Assembly (NCBI RefSeq): GCF_018350175.1
Contig: NC_058368.1
Span: forward strand, 181,786,001-181,850,000
DNA: 64,000 bases
Direction: 5' to 3'
From: Felis catus
Lineage: Eukaryota
Shown here: positions 27,032-38,814 of the stretch, one piece after another
How positions within the stretch are numbered: the first letter of the stretch is position 1
How the letters are laid out: every line of letters starts with the position of its first letter
Program-made: the position numbers and the translations under genes
Notes under the pieces: generated by a model
What the model saw: the letters and a program-made list of their open reading frames with translations, nothing else
What the model was told of the DNA's origin: nothing
The model's database searches: none

Positions 27032-27248
27032 TTAATTTTTTTTTTCAACTTTTATTTATTTTTGGGACAGAGAGAGACAGAGCATGAACGGGGAAGGGGC
27101 AGAGAGAGAGGGAGACACAGAATCGGAAACAGGCTCCAGGCTCTGAGCCATCAGCCCAGAGCCCGACGCGGGGCTCGAACCCACGGACCGCGAGATCGTG
27201 ACCTGGCTGAAGTCGGACGCTTAACCGACTGCGCCACCCAGGCGCCCC
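27032..27248 (-). mobile_element. Young felid SINEC_Fc
   Basis: Perfect 17-bp TSD aaatgtccctcaatatt 27015-27031 / 27250-27266; CpGs intact. Confidence 0.98.
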
Positions 27249-27868
27249 AAAATGTCCCTCAATATTAAAAAAAAAAAGATATGACTGAAGTATCAATAAA
27301 AGGCAAAAGAGGGAGGCACTTTAGAGGATCAATTGTTTGGAACCGAATTATGGAATCATTTCTCTTCCAGACTTTAATATTAAGTGAAATGTTTCTGTCA
27401 CCTTTAGCCGTGTTCATTTGAAGTAGTTTCATGAGGCATTTTTCATTAGTACCATTTACACAGAGAAGAGTACTTAGCATCTGTTTTTTATGCAATATAT
27501 TTCCTTAGGTAAAATCATAAATATAGTCCCTGAATTTCATACCTACATGAGCATAACATCAAGCTCATATTTAAGCCATCTATAGGAAATGTTTTCTTGC
27601 AAACTCGACATGTAAGTACACAGAGCCTCTCTTTGGTCACGTGAAGATGGGAGTTTTATGCCTTAAAAGGCACAACCAAAAGTTGTCAATTGTTTGGCTC
27701 CTTAAGAGGCAGGCCCATTGTTGTCTCAAATACCAGCTGCAGTCTGAATTCACCTGGAATGGTGTTTCAGAGAAATCCTTTTTAGTGTCAGGAGAGGAGG
27801 TCTGTAGTCTGAGAAATAATTCCATGTTGGAACTGAGAATCGAGACATTCCTCTCCCCATCCTTCTAT

Positions 27869-28200
27869 AGCAGAATTTGCAAACTGCTGGCCCATGGGTT
27901 ATCCCCAGAAGGGATTATATAGGCTGCAGTGGGGGCTGAATAGTGTTTTACATTTGAATTAATTGTCAATGTTTAAAAATCATTAGATTTCACTGCTTCT
28001 CTTGAAAAAGCTGGCAACGCTGGACCTGCATTCCCACATGGCGACCATCTGCCGAATCTGGGTAGGGGCTGCTCATATTTACAGTGGCATGTGCTATCCA
28101 GTGCCCCACTGTCCCCACCACTCCTGAGTGTTTACTCTTCGGTGAAGCTCAATGTCATCATCCGTATAACATCTTCCACCTGGGCCATTTCACCATTTAC
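27869..28200. mobile_element. hAT-Charlie MER102-like DNA transposon
   Basis: gcaaactgctggcccatggg...gcttctcttgaaaaagctggcaacgctggacctgcattcccacatggc. Confidence 0.75.
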
Positions 28201-28889
28201 TTTATCTAGACAGATAAATATTTAACAGCAGGTATAGCTTGGGCCCCAACCAATTAGAATTCTTGCAGGTCCTGGAAGCAGTGTCTGGGGCTCCCTGCAA
28301 GGCTGTGAGTTAACCCTTTTGTTGTGGGACCACATGCACAGAGGTGTGAGGTGGCCTAGGAAACAGGTCAGGACCCCTGGGGCAGCTTGCACTTCCTGGT
28401 GGAGCTTGCAGCAGTAGCTGTTCTTGAACTACTGTAAAAGCAGTGGTACCTGTATCAGCCTTGCTTTAGGAAGTTAAGCTTGTGACCCTGGCTTTAAGTT
28501 AAATTCACTTTTCGGAGCAGACAGATAGAAATGGACCACACAAGCTGTCACTCCCAAGTGGAAGAGTATGCCAATGTATGTACTCCATTTTCCCTGGTAT
28601 TACAACTTCAACTTGGGTTTTTGCAAAGCAGTTTCCCAGGAAAAATGCTAAATGCCACATTAACGACTTCAAATAGAATTGGTCTTACAGACAGTGAAAA
28701 ACATGCTCATTGGTAGAGAATATGGGGTAACAGAAACGTTATATTCCTACTTTCCATTTGAGTGCCACAGAGTGCTTCATTCATGATCTGCCCCATTTGG
28801 TTATGTTTTAAGTTAAAATATTAAACAATTTTCTTTAAGTTATGACAGCACTTTCTCAGAGCCTAAGAAGCTTCAGACATGCTATACAT

Positions 28890-29102
28890 CAGAATTTCTC
28901 AACCTCAGCACTGATGACATTTGGGACTAGATCATTTTTTTTTTTTTTTTTGATTGTGGGAAGGGACTGTCCTGTGCATTGTACATTTTGGCAACATCCT
29001 TGGTCTCTACCACCTAGATGCCAGCAACAATCCCTAGTCATGACAACCAAATACTGCCAAATGTTTCCTCCAGGGCAAATGATTCTTGGTCTAGAGTCAC
29101 TG
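28890..29102. mobile_element. hAT-Charlie MER20
   Basis: cagaatttctcaacctcagcactgatgacatttggg...ctgtcctgtgcattgta...cctagatgccag...cactg. Confidence 0.88.
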
Positions 29103-29899
29103 GTCTATATTCCTACAACCCAAAAGAGTCATGTTTCCGATAACTGCTTACAACCCCAAGTGAAAGATCAGAATATATTGTTAGGAATACAACAACAACT
29201 TATTTCTATATTACTACAAATAAAGATTTGAATATTTGTTATGTTGCTTTAACATGATCTTTTAATTGCCTTTTCTTTTGGGAACATTTGAAAAAGGACA
29301 GTTTTAGATAGTCATTTGTTTTCTCCAAATTTTTTAAGGGGCTGACAAAAAGCACAGATAGCTTTGTCCCATGTTCCCTAACTCACTAAAAGCCTCAATA
29401 ACTTTTAGATTTTTCTGGAACATTTGAGATTATTTGAAGGTCTTCTCTCCAGAATATTTACTGTGCCTGATTTTTCATGCACATTAGTGCTTAATTACTA
29501 ATTTTCCTATAAATACTGGACTATAAAGAAGAATCAGACTGAAGGAAGTTAAGTGACTTCTCCATAGCCAAAAACTGCTTACAGATGTGATGCTTATACT
29601 TGATCTCTTCAGAGTAAAGAATTTTGTGTGTTATTTGCAGAGATGGTACATTAAATAATTTTTCTTATTCTGTTAGTGTATTTTCCACATTAGAATCAAC
29701 TGCTGCTCAAATAATTGACAGGGAATATTACTTAATACTGAAAATGCTTTTGAAACTAGCAAAGTGATTAAATTAAGGGTGGTTTTAATATTTAATAATA
29801 CCAGAATTCACCTCATTAGAGGTTTTAGAGCTCTACATGATGTCTCCCTTTTATCACATACCTTTAACAAGCCCTGTGGAAACTTGAAGTTTTGAAGAC

Positions 29900-30500
29900 T
29901 TCCCTCACATCTACCACTCCAAGCTTGCCTAGACCCTCATTATCTTCACCCTTGACTAGCACAATGACCTACAATTATAGTCTTGCTTTCTCAAATCACC
30001 TACCATTATGATTCCATAATTACTGTATGTAAAACTCAAATCTGACTTTATGTCATTTAAAGCAAATCAAAGACCAAATTATTTGTGAAACATACATATA
30101 CATGCACACACATACATATATCTTTCCACCCTCAAATGCTTCTACTTCTCACTATGTGATAATTATTAAGCTCACAGGCTATCCAAAAAAGAACCTACTA
30201 TGTGCTGTCCCATTTCTGTGTGTCTCCTTGGTTTTGACATTCATACTTGGGAAAGTTCCACTTGTTTTAAACTCACCTAGAATGCCACCTTCCCCGTAGT
30301 TTTTACTATCTCCTGGAACACTTAACCTTCCTTGCTGTGCCAAATCTTCTACAGAAACATTTTATAATGTGGTCTTGGAATCATTTGCACATCTGTTTCA
30401 TGAACTACACTGTAAGCTCCTATAAGGTGGAAAACTGTTGGACTATTTTTTAACGTGTATATCTTTCACTTGGTAAAGGGTCCACCATACAGAAAGATTT
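29900..30500 (+). mobile_element. L2 relic
   Basis: ccctcattatcttcacccttgactagcacaatgacct; actacactgtaagctcc. Confidence 0.6.
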
Positions 30501-31555
30501 TTTTTTAGGTTTTCAAATATTTATTTTATTCACTTTAAAACAGGTCTATCACATGGAAAGCCTCAGTAGATATTCTCCCAAAACTGCCTTATTTAAAAAC
30601 CTATAATATGTTTAAATAATTTCTTCAACAAACATTTACTGAATGCTTTCTGTGCTCTAGCTCATGTTCTAAGTAATTTAAATCAATAATATGCATTCAT
30701 TTGATAGAAAATAAAAGAATGTATAAAGTTTCCTAGTGTTTATAAAGAGAAGAGGTTACTTAGAGACAGAATCAGAGAGGTTATTTTGAGTTATTTTAAT
30801 CCATACAGAGATCCAAGTCAGATTTTTATTATATAAAATACATAACACTTATAGCACAGTATCTAGCACTTAGTAAAAGCTAAATATATGTTGGTTAATG
30901 TTACTATTATTGTCACTATTACTCTCTATTAGAGGAAATATCTCAAAATGAAAAAATCCAAATAATGTGAGATGACAAAGAAGCTGCAGAAATAAAAATC
31001 TATAATCTCTTAATGAAATATTTTTACAGTTCAATTTATTTTTTTAACTCAAAAAATATTTATTGAGTCCAGTTAAACCAGAAAAAAATGGGATTGGCTA
31101 AAGTAGAATATGCTATGAAAAGATGGACATGTCACTGTCTCTAAAACTCAAAGATTTCCATTTAAATATTAATAAAGTTAAGAAATAATAAAAGCTTCAT
31201 TTTAAATGGTATGTTTATACCTAGTATAGTTAGTATCTTTCTTTGATTAGAATATCTGATCCACGAGACTGTCTATCACTAACCATGGAGCTGAGAGTCT
31301 TGTCATTTACTACTTATCATTTACAGTGGGGAAGTTTTTGTTTCCACACTTGGGTCTTCTCATTTTATGCCACAGAGTGGCACATTCATTTATTTAATAG
31401 TGATTGTTCTTATAAGAAATCATATTCATTCAGAGAAATTCTATGACCTATGGACAATCCAATTTTCATTATTTATTTTTTGGATAGTCATCTTGGGTTT
31501 TAAAATCGATGAAAACTTAGACATTGGGTAAATTTTTGTTTAAAAAATTATTCTA

Positions 31556-31730
31556 GGGGCACCTGGGTGGCTCAGTCAGTTAAGTGTCAGACTTCTGTTC
31601 AGGTCATGATCTCATGGTTTGTGGGTTCAAGCCCAGCTTTGGATTCTGTGCTCACAGCTTGGAGCCTGGAGTGTGCTTCAGATTCTGTGTCTCCCTCTTT
31701 CTCTGCCCCTCCTCTGCTCATGCATGGGAT

Positions 31731-31787
<57 letters not shown>

Positions 31788-31805
31788 AAAAATAAATAAA
31801 GATTT
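31556..31805 (+). mobile_element. CanSINE
   Basis: Head ggggcacctgggtggctcagtcagttaag; degenerate TSD aaaaaattattcta / aaaaatgtattcta. Confidence 0.96.
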
Positions 31806-31874
31806 AAAAATGTATTCTAAATTGAAAAATATTTAAGAGCTACACTTGTATTTGTTCTTACACTAACATTTGAA

Positions 31875-32463
31875 TTATATTGTCCAATATGGTAGCTGCT
31901 AACGACATGTGGCTTTTGAACCCGTCTAAATTGAAGTGTGCTCTAAAATCTCAAAGATTTAGCACAAACAATAATATAAAATAGGTCATATATATATATA
32001 TATATATAATAGATCATGTAACTATATGTGCATGTATATATATGTATATATAAAATACATACATTTATGTGTATAGGTAAGATTACATGTTGCAATAATA
32101 TTCTTTTTTTTTTTCTTTTTTCAACGTTTTTATTTTATTTTTGGGACAGAGAGAGACAGAGCATGAACGGGGGAGGGGCAGAGAGAGAGGGAGACACAGA
32201 ATCGGAAACAGGCTCCAGGCTCTGAGCCATCAGCCCAGAGCCCGACGCGGGGCTCGAACTCACGGGCCGCGAGATCGTGACCTGGCTGAAGTCGGACACT
32301 TAACCGACTGCGCCACCCAGGCGCCCCTCATGTTGCAATAATATTCTTATGCTCTAGGTTAGATAAAATATTATAATTCCATCTTTTTCATTCTAAAATA
32401 TGGCTATTAGAGAATTTTAAATTGCATATACAGATCACCTTATATTTCTCTAGCACAGTACTG
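31875..32463. mobile_element. hAT-Charlie MER33-like element interrupted by (TA)n and a young SINE
   Basis: tgtccaatatggtagctgctaacgacatgtggc...tggctattagagaattttaaattgcatat...cacagtactg. Confidence 0.8.
32106..32327 (-). mobile_element. Young felid SINEC_Fc
   Basis: Perfect 20-bp TSD catgttgcaataatattctt 32086-32105 / 32329-32348. Confidence 0.98.
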
Positions 32464-32999
32464 GTTTAGACACTTTGTTCCAAGAATGAATCATATCTTT
32501 GGTTTCCATTATCCTGTGTTAAATATTATTGACAGAGAATTACAGGACAATTGCTCTAGTAATCAAGTTTAACAGATGAGGAAATGGAGGTTCAAAAACA
32601 CTCCCTTTGTCTACAGTCATAAGGCTAACTAGAGACATAAGAGAACTGGAACGTGTATCTCTAGACTTCCAGTCCCAAGCTAAGTTACTGGCAAAGTAGG
32701 AGATAATAATGAACAGCTGTTGGAAAAAAAAATGGATAGATATCATTTCCATACTGTGTGGCATTCATCTATATGATTCTGACATGAATCTTCCTTGTAT
32801 GCGATGGGGAAAAAGGCAAAGCCATTGTGCTCAATAATAAAAATGATAGAGTTAGCTTTGTAAAAACAAACAAAAAAACAAAAAAAAAACCCTCAAAAAA
32901 CTAATACATTCCAAAATGGTATCATTAAATAGTAAGAGATATGACTGATGCAATGAACCTGTTAAAATATCTCTGACCATCTATTATACTTTGGTGACT

Positions 33000-33480
33000 T
33001 TGTTTACAAAGTAGCAAGAATGAGACTCTGTCAATGAATGAGAAACAAAACCTACATTTCTTGGGAAAGAGGCATCCGTCTTTTTCTGTTTGTAAATGCT
33101 GACGAGCAGAGTTTAAGGAGGGCTAATGTCACCCATTCATCTTAATTAAAGAGTTAATTGCTCGTGTATCCTGATTTAGTTAACCGAACCTGGTAGCGTG
33201 GGAAGCCCTTCCCTCTATGTATTTTATTGACCAGTGTAATGACATCATCAGTAAGTCTCGGGATTTATTCATGCTTCAGCCTATCCTCATAATGTTAATA
33301 GCCTGTACATGATAAAACTTTCAAGAGGAATGGAGTCCTCGCGCCTGGCACAGAATACAAAAAGCACGGTGGCTGCTGAATGTCTCGCTTCAGCTGTCAT
33401 TGAAGAATTCCTTCGAAGTCTAGAGTCATGAAAATAGTAAAAAGTAATTTTAAATGCTAGTTTTCACAAAATGTTTACAT
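33000..33480. promoter_or_regulatory. Candidate enhancer / conserved non-coding element
   Basis: Non-repetitive; 11 CpGs in 33071-33420; RBPJ CGTGGGAA 33197-33204; ATGACATCAT 33239-33248; two FOX TGTTTAC; motif evidence only. Confidence 0.45.
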
Positions 33481-34589
33481 GTGGAATCATGTAGCAGTTT
33501 TTATAACTACACATTATCTGAAAGTTAGCAATATTCCCTTAATATTATCAAACCAAAGCAAGTGAGCATGCACTACAGGGAGAGGAAGATCCTGTTGGCA
33601 AAGAATATTTTTAAAACATACACACTCACATACACTCAGAAAAAAAATTAGGCCAAATAATTACCCCTGAACTGGATGAGCAGATTCCTAAAAACAAGGT
33701 TTTTCAACCTTTAAAATATAATTTTCCTCAAAATTCCCTACCATTTCCCCAGAAATAATGTGTTTAGATGAACTAAAAAGCTACAGTGGATACATGACTA
33801 ATTTTAGACTCACACCGTTCACTAATACATTTTTTAAAAAAATGGGGAAAGAGGCAAAAATCAAAGAACAGCAGGGAAAAAGTACTATCTTGAGGGCATA
33901 CAGAGGCAAAAACATGGAAATGATGTTCAGAGTTAATGGGCCTTTTTGTGTCTCTTCTCACATGTAGTTATAAGCAGTCCTAGTTAAAGTTAATTAAAGT
34001 TAGTTCCTTGCTTCTGCAAACAAAACTGGTTCAAGAATCATCCCCCGTTTTTGAGCTACCGATTACATATTAAATGCCATGTTATGGCCAAGGTAAGCAC
34101 ATTGTGGTTATAATAGGAAAAATACATAAAAACAAAAGGTTAGATGTAAAAGTATTATATATGGGTATCTATAAAATTTGTTTATAAATATATAAATATA
34201 AGGTATATTTATATATCTCCACTGTGTATCTTATAGGCTGAAACATCCCAAATAGTCTTAGGTTGATCACTTAATTCATCTGCTTTGAAACGGTGACAAT
34301 TATGGTACTTCTCCCATGGAATCATTGTGAGTGTGAATGAATCCATGTATATCGCACTTAGAACACCGCCTGGCATGAGGTAATAAGCATCTCACAGGTG
34401 TGAACCATAATTATTATTCTTATGACTAAATCTGCCCTTTTAAGATAATGATTCACTATAGTCTCTTTAATATAGAGTTTCACTTTTAGTCATAGAAATG
34501 TCATTTTCTTCCTTTTTTTCTTAAACTTTTTATTGTTTTTATATGTAAGAAAACTAATTTTGTTGAAATTATATATAACAGCATATATG

Positions 34590-34850
34590 TACAGAGTGGC
34601 AGCACTGTGTTGTAATTAATATGGAATACGTGTGAAGTGAAGCAACTGTTGGCTCATACCCACTTTCTACCCCTTTGTCAAAGCTCCATGACCTTGGGAA
34701 ACTGGCCTGAGAGTTCTAAGCTTTGGGTTTCTTTTCTATCAAATGAGGTTATGAAAATAAGATACTCCTACAGTAGTCATAAAGATTATGTAATACAATG
34801 GTTGTAAAATCCTAAAATAGTATCTGACACATAGTAAAATAGTGATAGAA
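34590..34850 (+). mobile_element. MIR
   Basis: atgaccttgggaaactggc...tatcaaatgaggtt...tagtatctgacacatagtaa. Confidence 0.7.
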
Positions 34851-35915
34851 TTTCTACTTTTCACTAGAAGGTTGATGATGCATAAGGAGAACAAAGCCAG
34901 AAAAGCCTATTATCGACTATTGATAGGAGTGAAACAATGAGCCACTTATTTCTTTTTCTTGGTTTTCTGCACTGCTCACTTTTCACAGTGAATATGGCAG
35001 AGCTAGGGATGAACGTGTGCTGATACAAGGCCCATAACACAGAGGAAGGAGACCCTATTCCCAGCAGTGGGTGATTAAGTCAGTTATTAGACAGGTAGAA
35101 ATTCTCGAGGTGGAAATAGGGGAAGATTATTACATATAAAGGGGACTGGGCCAAGTTTTCAAAGCAGAAGCACAGTCTGTAATAGGGAAAAATGAGCAAG
35201 CCTGATGTGATGCTCTTAATGGTGTGTGGAAGAATAAAAGCAGAAGTTGAAGACTTAGGTAAGAGATTAAAGAACTTGAAATTTATTCTGTAGTTAGTAA
35301 ATAGCCACCTAAGTAGGTGAGAAATGGGACCATGGAGTCCCAAATTAAGCATTCCTTATAAAGTAGCTTGTAAGGCAAAAATCAGAGAGGCAAAATTAGC
35401 CACGAAAATCATTTAAATTTCTCATAATCTACAGCATGGGGGAGATGCATCTCATGTGGTGGTTGTATATACAAACATAAAGAATAAATTCCTTACCAGA
35501 CAAAATTTTTAGAACTACAGTTAGAGTAAGGAAGGAACAAAAGAAAATTGATGTATAGGTGTCTGTGGGCTTCCAAAATATTTCACCTTTAGGGAAAACG
35601 TTTAATGAGTTCCTAGGAGTAAAAGAAGGGGGGGGGGGGATATTATGCTTTTGTACACTGGCTTGATTTATGCCATTATATGCTAATATTATGCAACATT
35701 TTAATAATATTTATGATTTATAATAATACAATATAATATTAATAGCCTTTTTCATCATGCTAATAGATTTGTTTGTGATTTTGATCATTAGGTCAGATAC
35801 TTCATCTGAAAGCACTTACCAGAGTTTTGTTTTGTTTTGTTTTTAGTACTAAAGCAAGAAGAATATCAAATGCCCAGGAGAGACTATCAGTAAAGGTTCT
35901 AAAGTCAAGGGAATT

Positions 35916-36140
35916 GGGGGTACCCAAGTGGCTCAGTCGGTTAAGAGTCAGACTCTTGATTTTGGCTCGGGTCATGATCTCACAGTTCTTGAGTTGGAGC
36001 TCCACATATCTGACTCTGTGCTGACAGTACAGAGCTTGCTGTGATGAGCTCTCTCTCCCTCTCTCTCTGCCCCTCCCTCGCTCTCTCTCGAAAGAAAGAA
36101 AGAAAGAAGAAAAGAAAAAAGAAAAGAAAAGAAAAGAAAT
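35916..36140 (+). mobile_element. CanSINE with (GAAA/GAAAA)n tail
   Basis: gggggtacccaagtggctcagtcggttaag head; degenerate TSD. Confidence 0.95.
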
Positions 36141-36511
36141 CAAAAGAATTAGAATACAAGGTCAGACAAGGTCTGAATGACAGAGTCAAGGGCGACTTAA
36201 AGGACTCACTACAATGATACGACCATTGGCACACATTGGCAAATGTGGGATTGCTTTGCTAGGCATGTGGTCAGAAAATGCAAGGATGTTTTGACTTGCT
36301 GAAACTGAGGTAAGAGCATATACCACATTCAAGTCACACAGTAGAACAGCAGCTCTCAAGAGGGAAGGCAGGCCAGCTGAGAAAGGTTTTGGATGGAGAT
36401 GGAGTTGACCGGGAAGGCAAATACTTTCAGAGTCAGAATTTAATTCCCTGTGTAAAACCTTGACTTAGGAGAATGGGACTCTTACTTGTATATACTCTTA
36501 ATTAGCTAATT

Positions 36512-36515
36512 CTAT

Positions 36516-36554
<39 letters not shown>

Positions 36555-36773
36555 TTAAAATGTTGATTATTTTTGAGAGAGAGAGAACCTGTGAGCGAGG
36601 GCGGGAGGAGCACAGAAAGGTAGGGGTGGGGGTGGAGAAGATCGGAAGCTATCTCTGTACTGACAGCAACAAGCCTGATGTGAGGCTCCAAGTCAAGAAC
36701 CCAAACTCAGGAACCCTGAGATCATGACCTGAGCTGAAGTCAGATGCTCAACCGACAGCCATCCAGACACACC
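36512..36773 (-). mobile_element. CanSINE (older) with (TTTA)n tail
   Basis: TSD cttaattagctaatt / cttaactagctaatt. Confidence 0.93.
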
Positions 36774-37029
36774 CTTAACTAGCTAATTTTAAACGAAGTT
36801 ATTGAGGATACTATCTGCAGAGGGCTCCTGTAAGGACTAAGGAAATGTGTCTTCATCATTAAGAATTCCATAACCTCCTGCTTTGTTAGATTTCTTATAT
36901 CAGTTCTTAAGGCACCTCATTCTAAAAGTTTTATTCAGACTCCCCTTAATTATAATTTTCCTACTTTGTGATGATATAATCAAGAAATATTTAACCATTT
37001 TTAAGGTGTCTTTTTTTCCCCCTAAGGGG

Positions 37030-37089
37030 AAGTATCAAGTATCAAGTATCAAGTATCTACTACTATAAGTATCTACTTGATACTTATAG
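37030..37089. repeat. (AAGTATC)4 tandem plus perfect 11-bp inverted repeat
   Basis: Tandem 37030-37057; ctataagtatc 37063-37073 / gatacttatag 37079-37089. Confidence 0.9.
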
Positions 37090-37309
37090 CTATCAAATTT
37101 CTCTAGGTTGCCATGTATTTTTTTTTCCCTATCAGGACAACTATACATTCAAATTATAATGATAAAATAATAAATTCTTAATAGGAAGAAGACAAATGCT
37201 CTCAAACTGAAGAGAAGAAAGAAAGGTCATGGCTACTTTTGGCAATAATCTCATACTTAAAAGAAAATACTAGAAATGTTGACATTTTATATAAAATAAA
37301 AATAGTGGC

Positions 37310-37560
37310 TCCAAGTTACTGAGCACCTACAGTATTTTTAGCCTCTGAATTAAAATACTTAAAAATGGCATCACGTCAAAACTTCCAACTATCCATGGAG
37401 CAGATACAATAACCCCAATTTTAAGAAAAATGAGAAAGTTGGAGCTGAGAAAAATTAATTTTGCTGAAGGCTGCACATTGTAAGGAGGTGAAACCGGGAT
37501 TCAAACTCAAATCTGTTCAACTCCAGAGTTCAACTCTGTGTACTACACCCAAGTGCTGCC
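37310..37560 (-). mobile_element. MIR
   Basis: ttactgagcacctac...gaaaccgggattcaaactcaaatctgttcaactccagag. Confidence 0.75.
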
Positions 37561-37672
37561 CCAACCTTATCAATCTCATTCAAAACATTTAAGTTTACAC
37601 TGTAAAATGTTTCTTGTGTGCAGCTGTTGTACTTTTCATTTTCAAAACAGTAATCAAAACTTAAAATAACTC

Positions 37673-37899
37673 GGGGCGCCTGGGTGGCGCAGTCGTTAAG
37701 CGTCCGACTTCAGCCAGGTCACGATCTCGCGGTCCGGGAGTTCGAGCCCCGCGTCAGGCTCTGGGCTGATGGCTCAGAGCCTGGAGCCTGTTTCCGATTC
37801 TGTGTCTCCTTCTCTCTCTGCCCCTCCCCCGTTCATGCTCTGTCTCTCTCTGTCCCAAAAATAAATAAACGTTGGAAAAAAAAAAATTAAAAAAAAAAA
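37673..37899 (+). mobile_element. Young felid SINEC_Fc
   Basis: Perfect 17-bp TSD aaaacttaaaataactc 37656-37672 / 37900-37916; long A tail. Confidence 0.98.
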
Positions 37900-38584
37900 A
37901 AAACTTAAAATAACTCAATATGCAGTGATAACTCAGAAAAGTATTTCTTGTGGGTTACCAAGACCACTTGAACACTTGAATACCAATAAGTTTTTACAAA
38001 ACTAAATCTTATTTTGAGATATACTTTCTTTTAGATTGAAGTACTTTTTAAAAATAAATATAACTCTGGACAAGCCTTGTATAAGAATGGAACCTCTTCC
38101 AATACTATCCACTTACTAATAAACATGTGCAGAGAGCGGAACAGAGCAGAGGACTTATAATTCTTTGACCGTACCTAGTAGCAGAGATTTCTGATATCAT
38201 CGTGTAAAAAAACTGAAGAATAAAACCTCCCTAGAAGCTGATGTAGGAAAACAGGACAAACTAAAAGATAGTGGAGAACAGGCTATGAAGAACTTTCACA
38301 ACACAGAACCACAGAGACAAGAAGGAAAATAAAAATGCCTGAGAGAAAATGTTCAAGAGACTTTGGAGCCAAAAAAATAAAGATGTTAATCTCATGATAA
38401 ACATAACATGTTGAGGGAGAAAAAGCAAGCAAAATCTCATTCCGCTGAACTGAAGTGATTCAGTTGGGAGAAATAAATTTTTAAAAGAGTCAAAAGGAAA
38501 GAGACCAGAGAAATAAAGTGAAAGACAATCCAATACAAAAATAAATGACAAAGGAGGCAGAGAAATATTTTATTGACGAAAGAG

Positions 38585-38814
38585 ATTGATTCTCCATTTC
38601 AGAATGACAGAACCTGAGGAAGGAACAGAGGGTTCCTTATTTCCAAACAAGAGTGTTTGGGGTGGGGGGGTGGAGGTAAGCAATTAATAATTAAAAAGGA
38701 ATCAAGTGAAAATTGAAAATTATTAGAACTAGAGCAATTCTGTGATAGTAGGGGAAAATACTATCACAATCAGGATTTGAGTTGAGCAGAAATGCATAAA
38801 GAAGTATCATTAGA
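38585..38814. repeat. Dispersed direct repeat, copy A (hairpin-rich)
   Basis: Aligns to 40139-40362 (53/56 and 58/64 identities in two blocks). Confidence 0.92.

Noticed and set aside
27008..27268. Recurrent peptide GQRETEHERGRGRERGRHRIG (also at 32141-32341)
   Set aside because: Antisense translation of SINEC_Fc, not a protein family
28842..29231. 129-aa ATG ORF
   Set aside because: Reads through a MER20 and a poly-T run; chance frame
37673..37750. tRNA-like A/B boxes and high CpG density
   Set aside because: Head of a tRNA-derived CanSINE; neither a tRNA gene nor a CpG island
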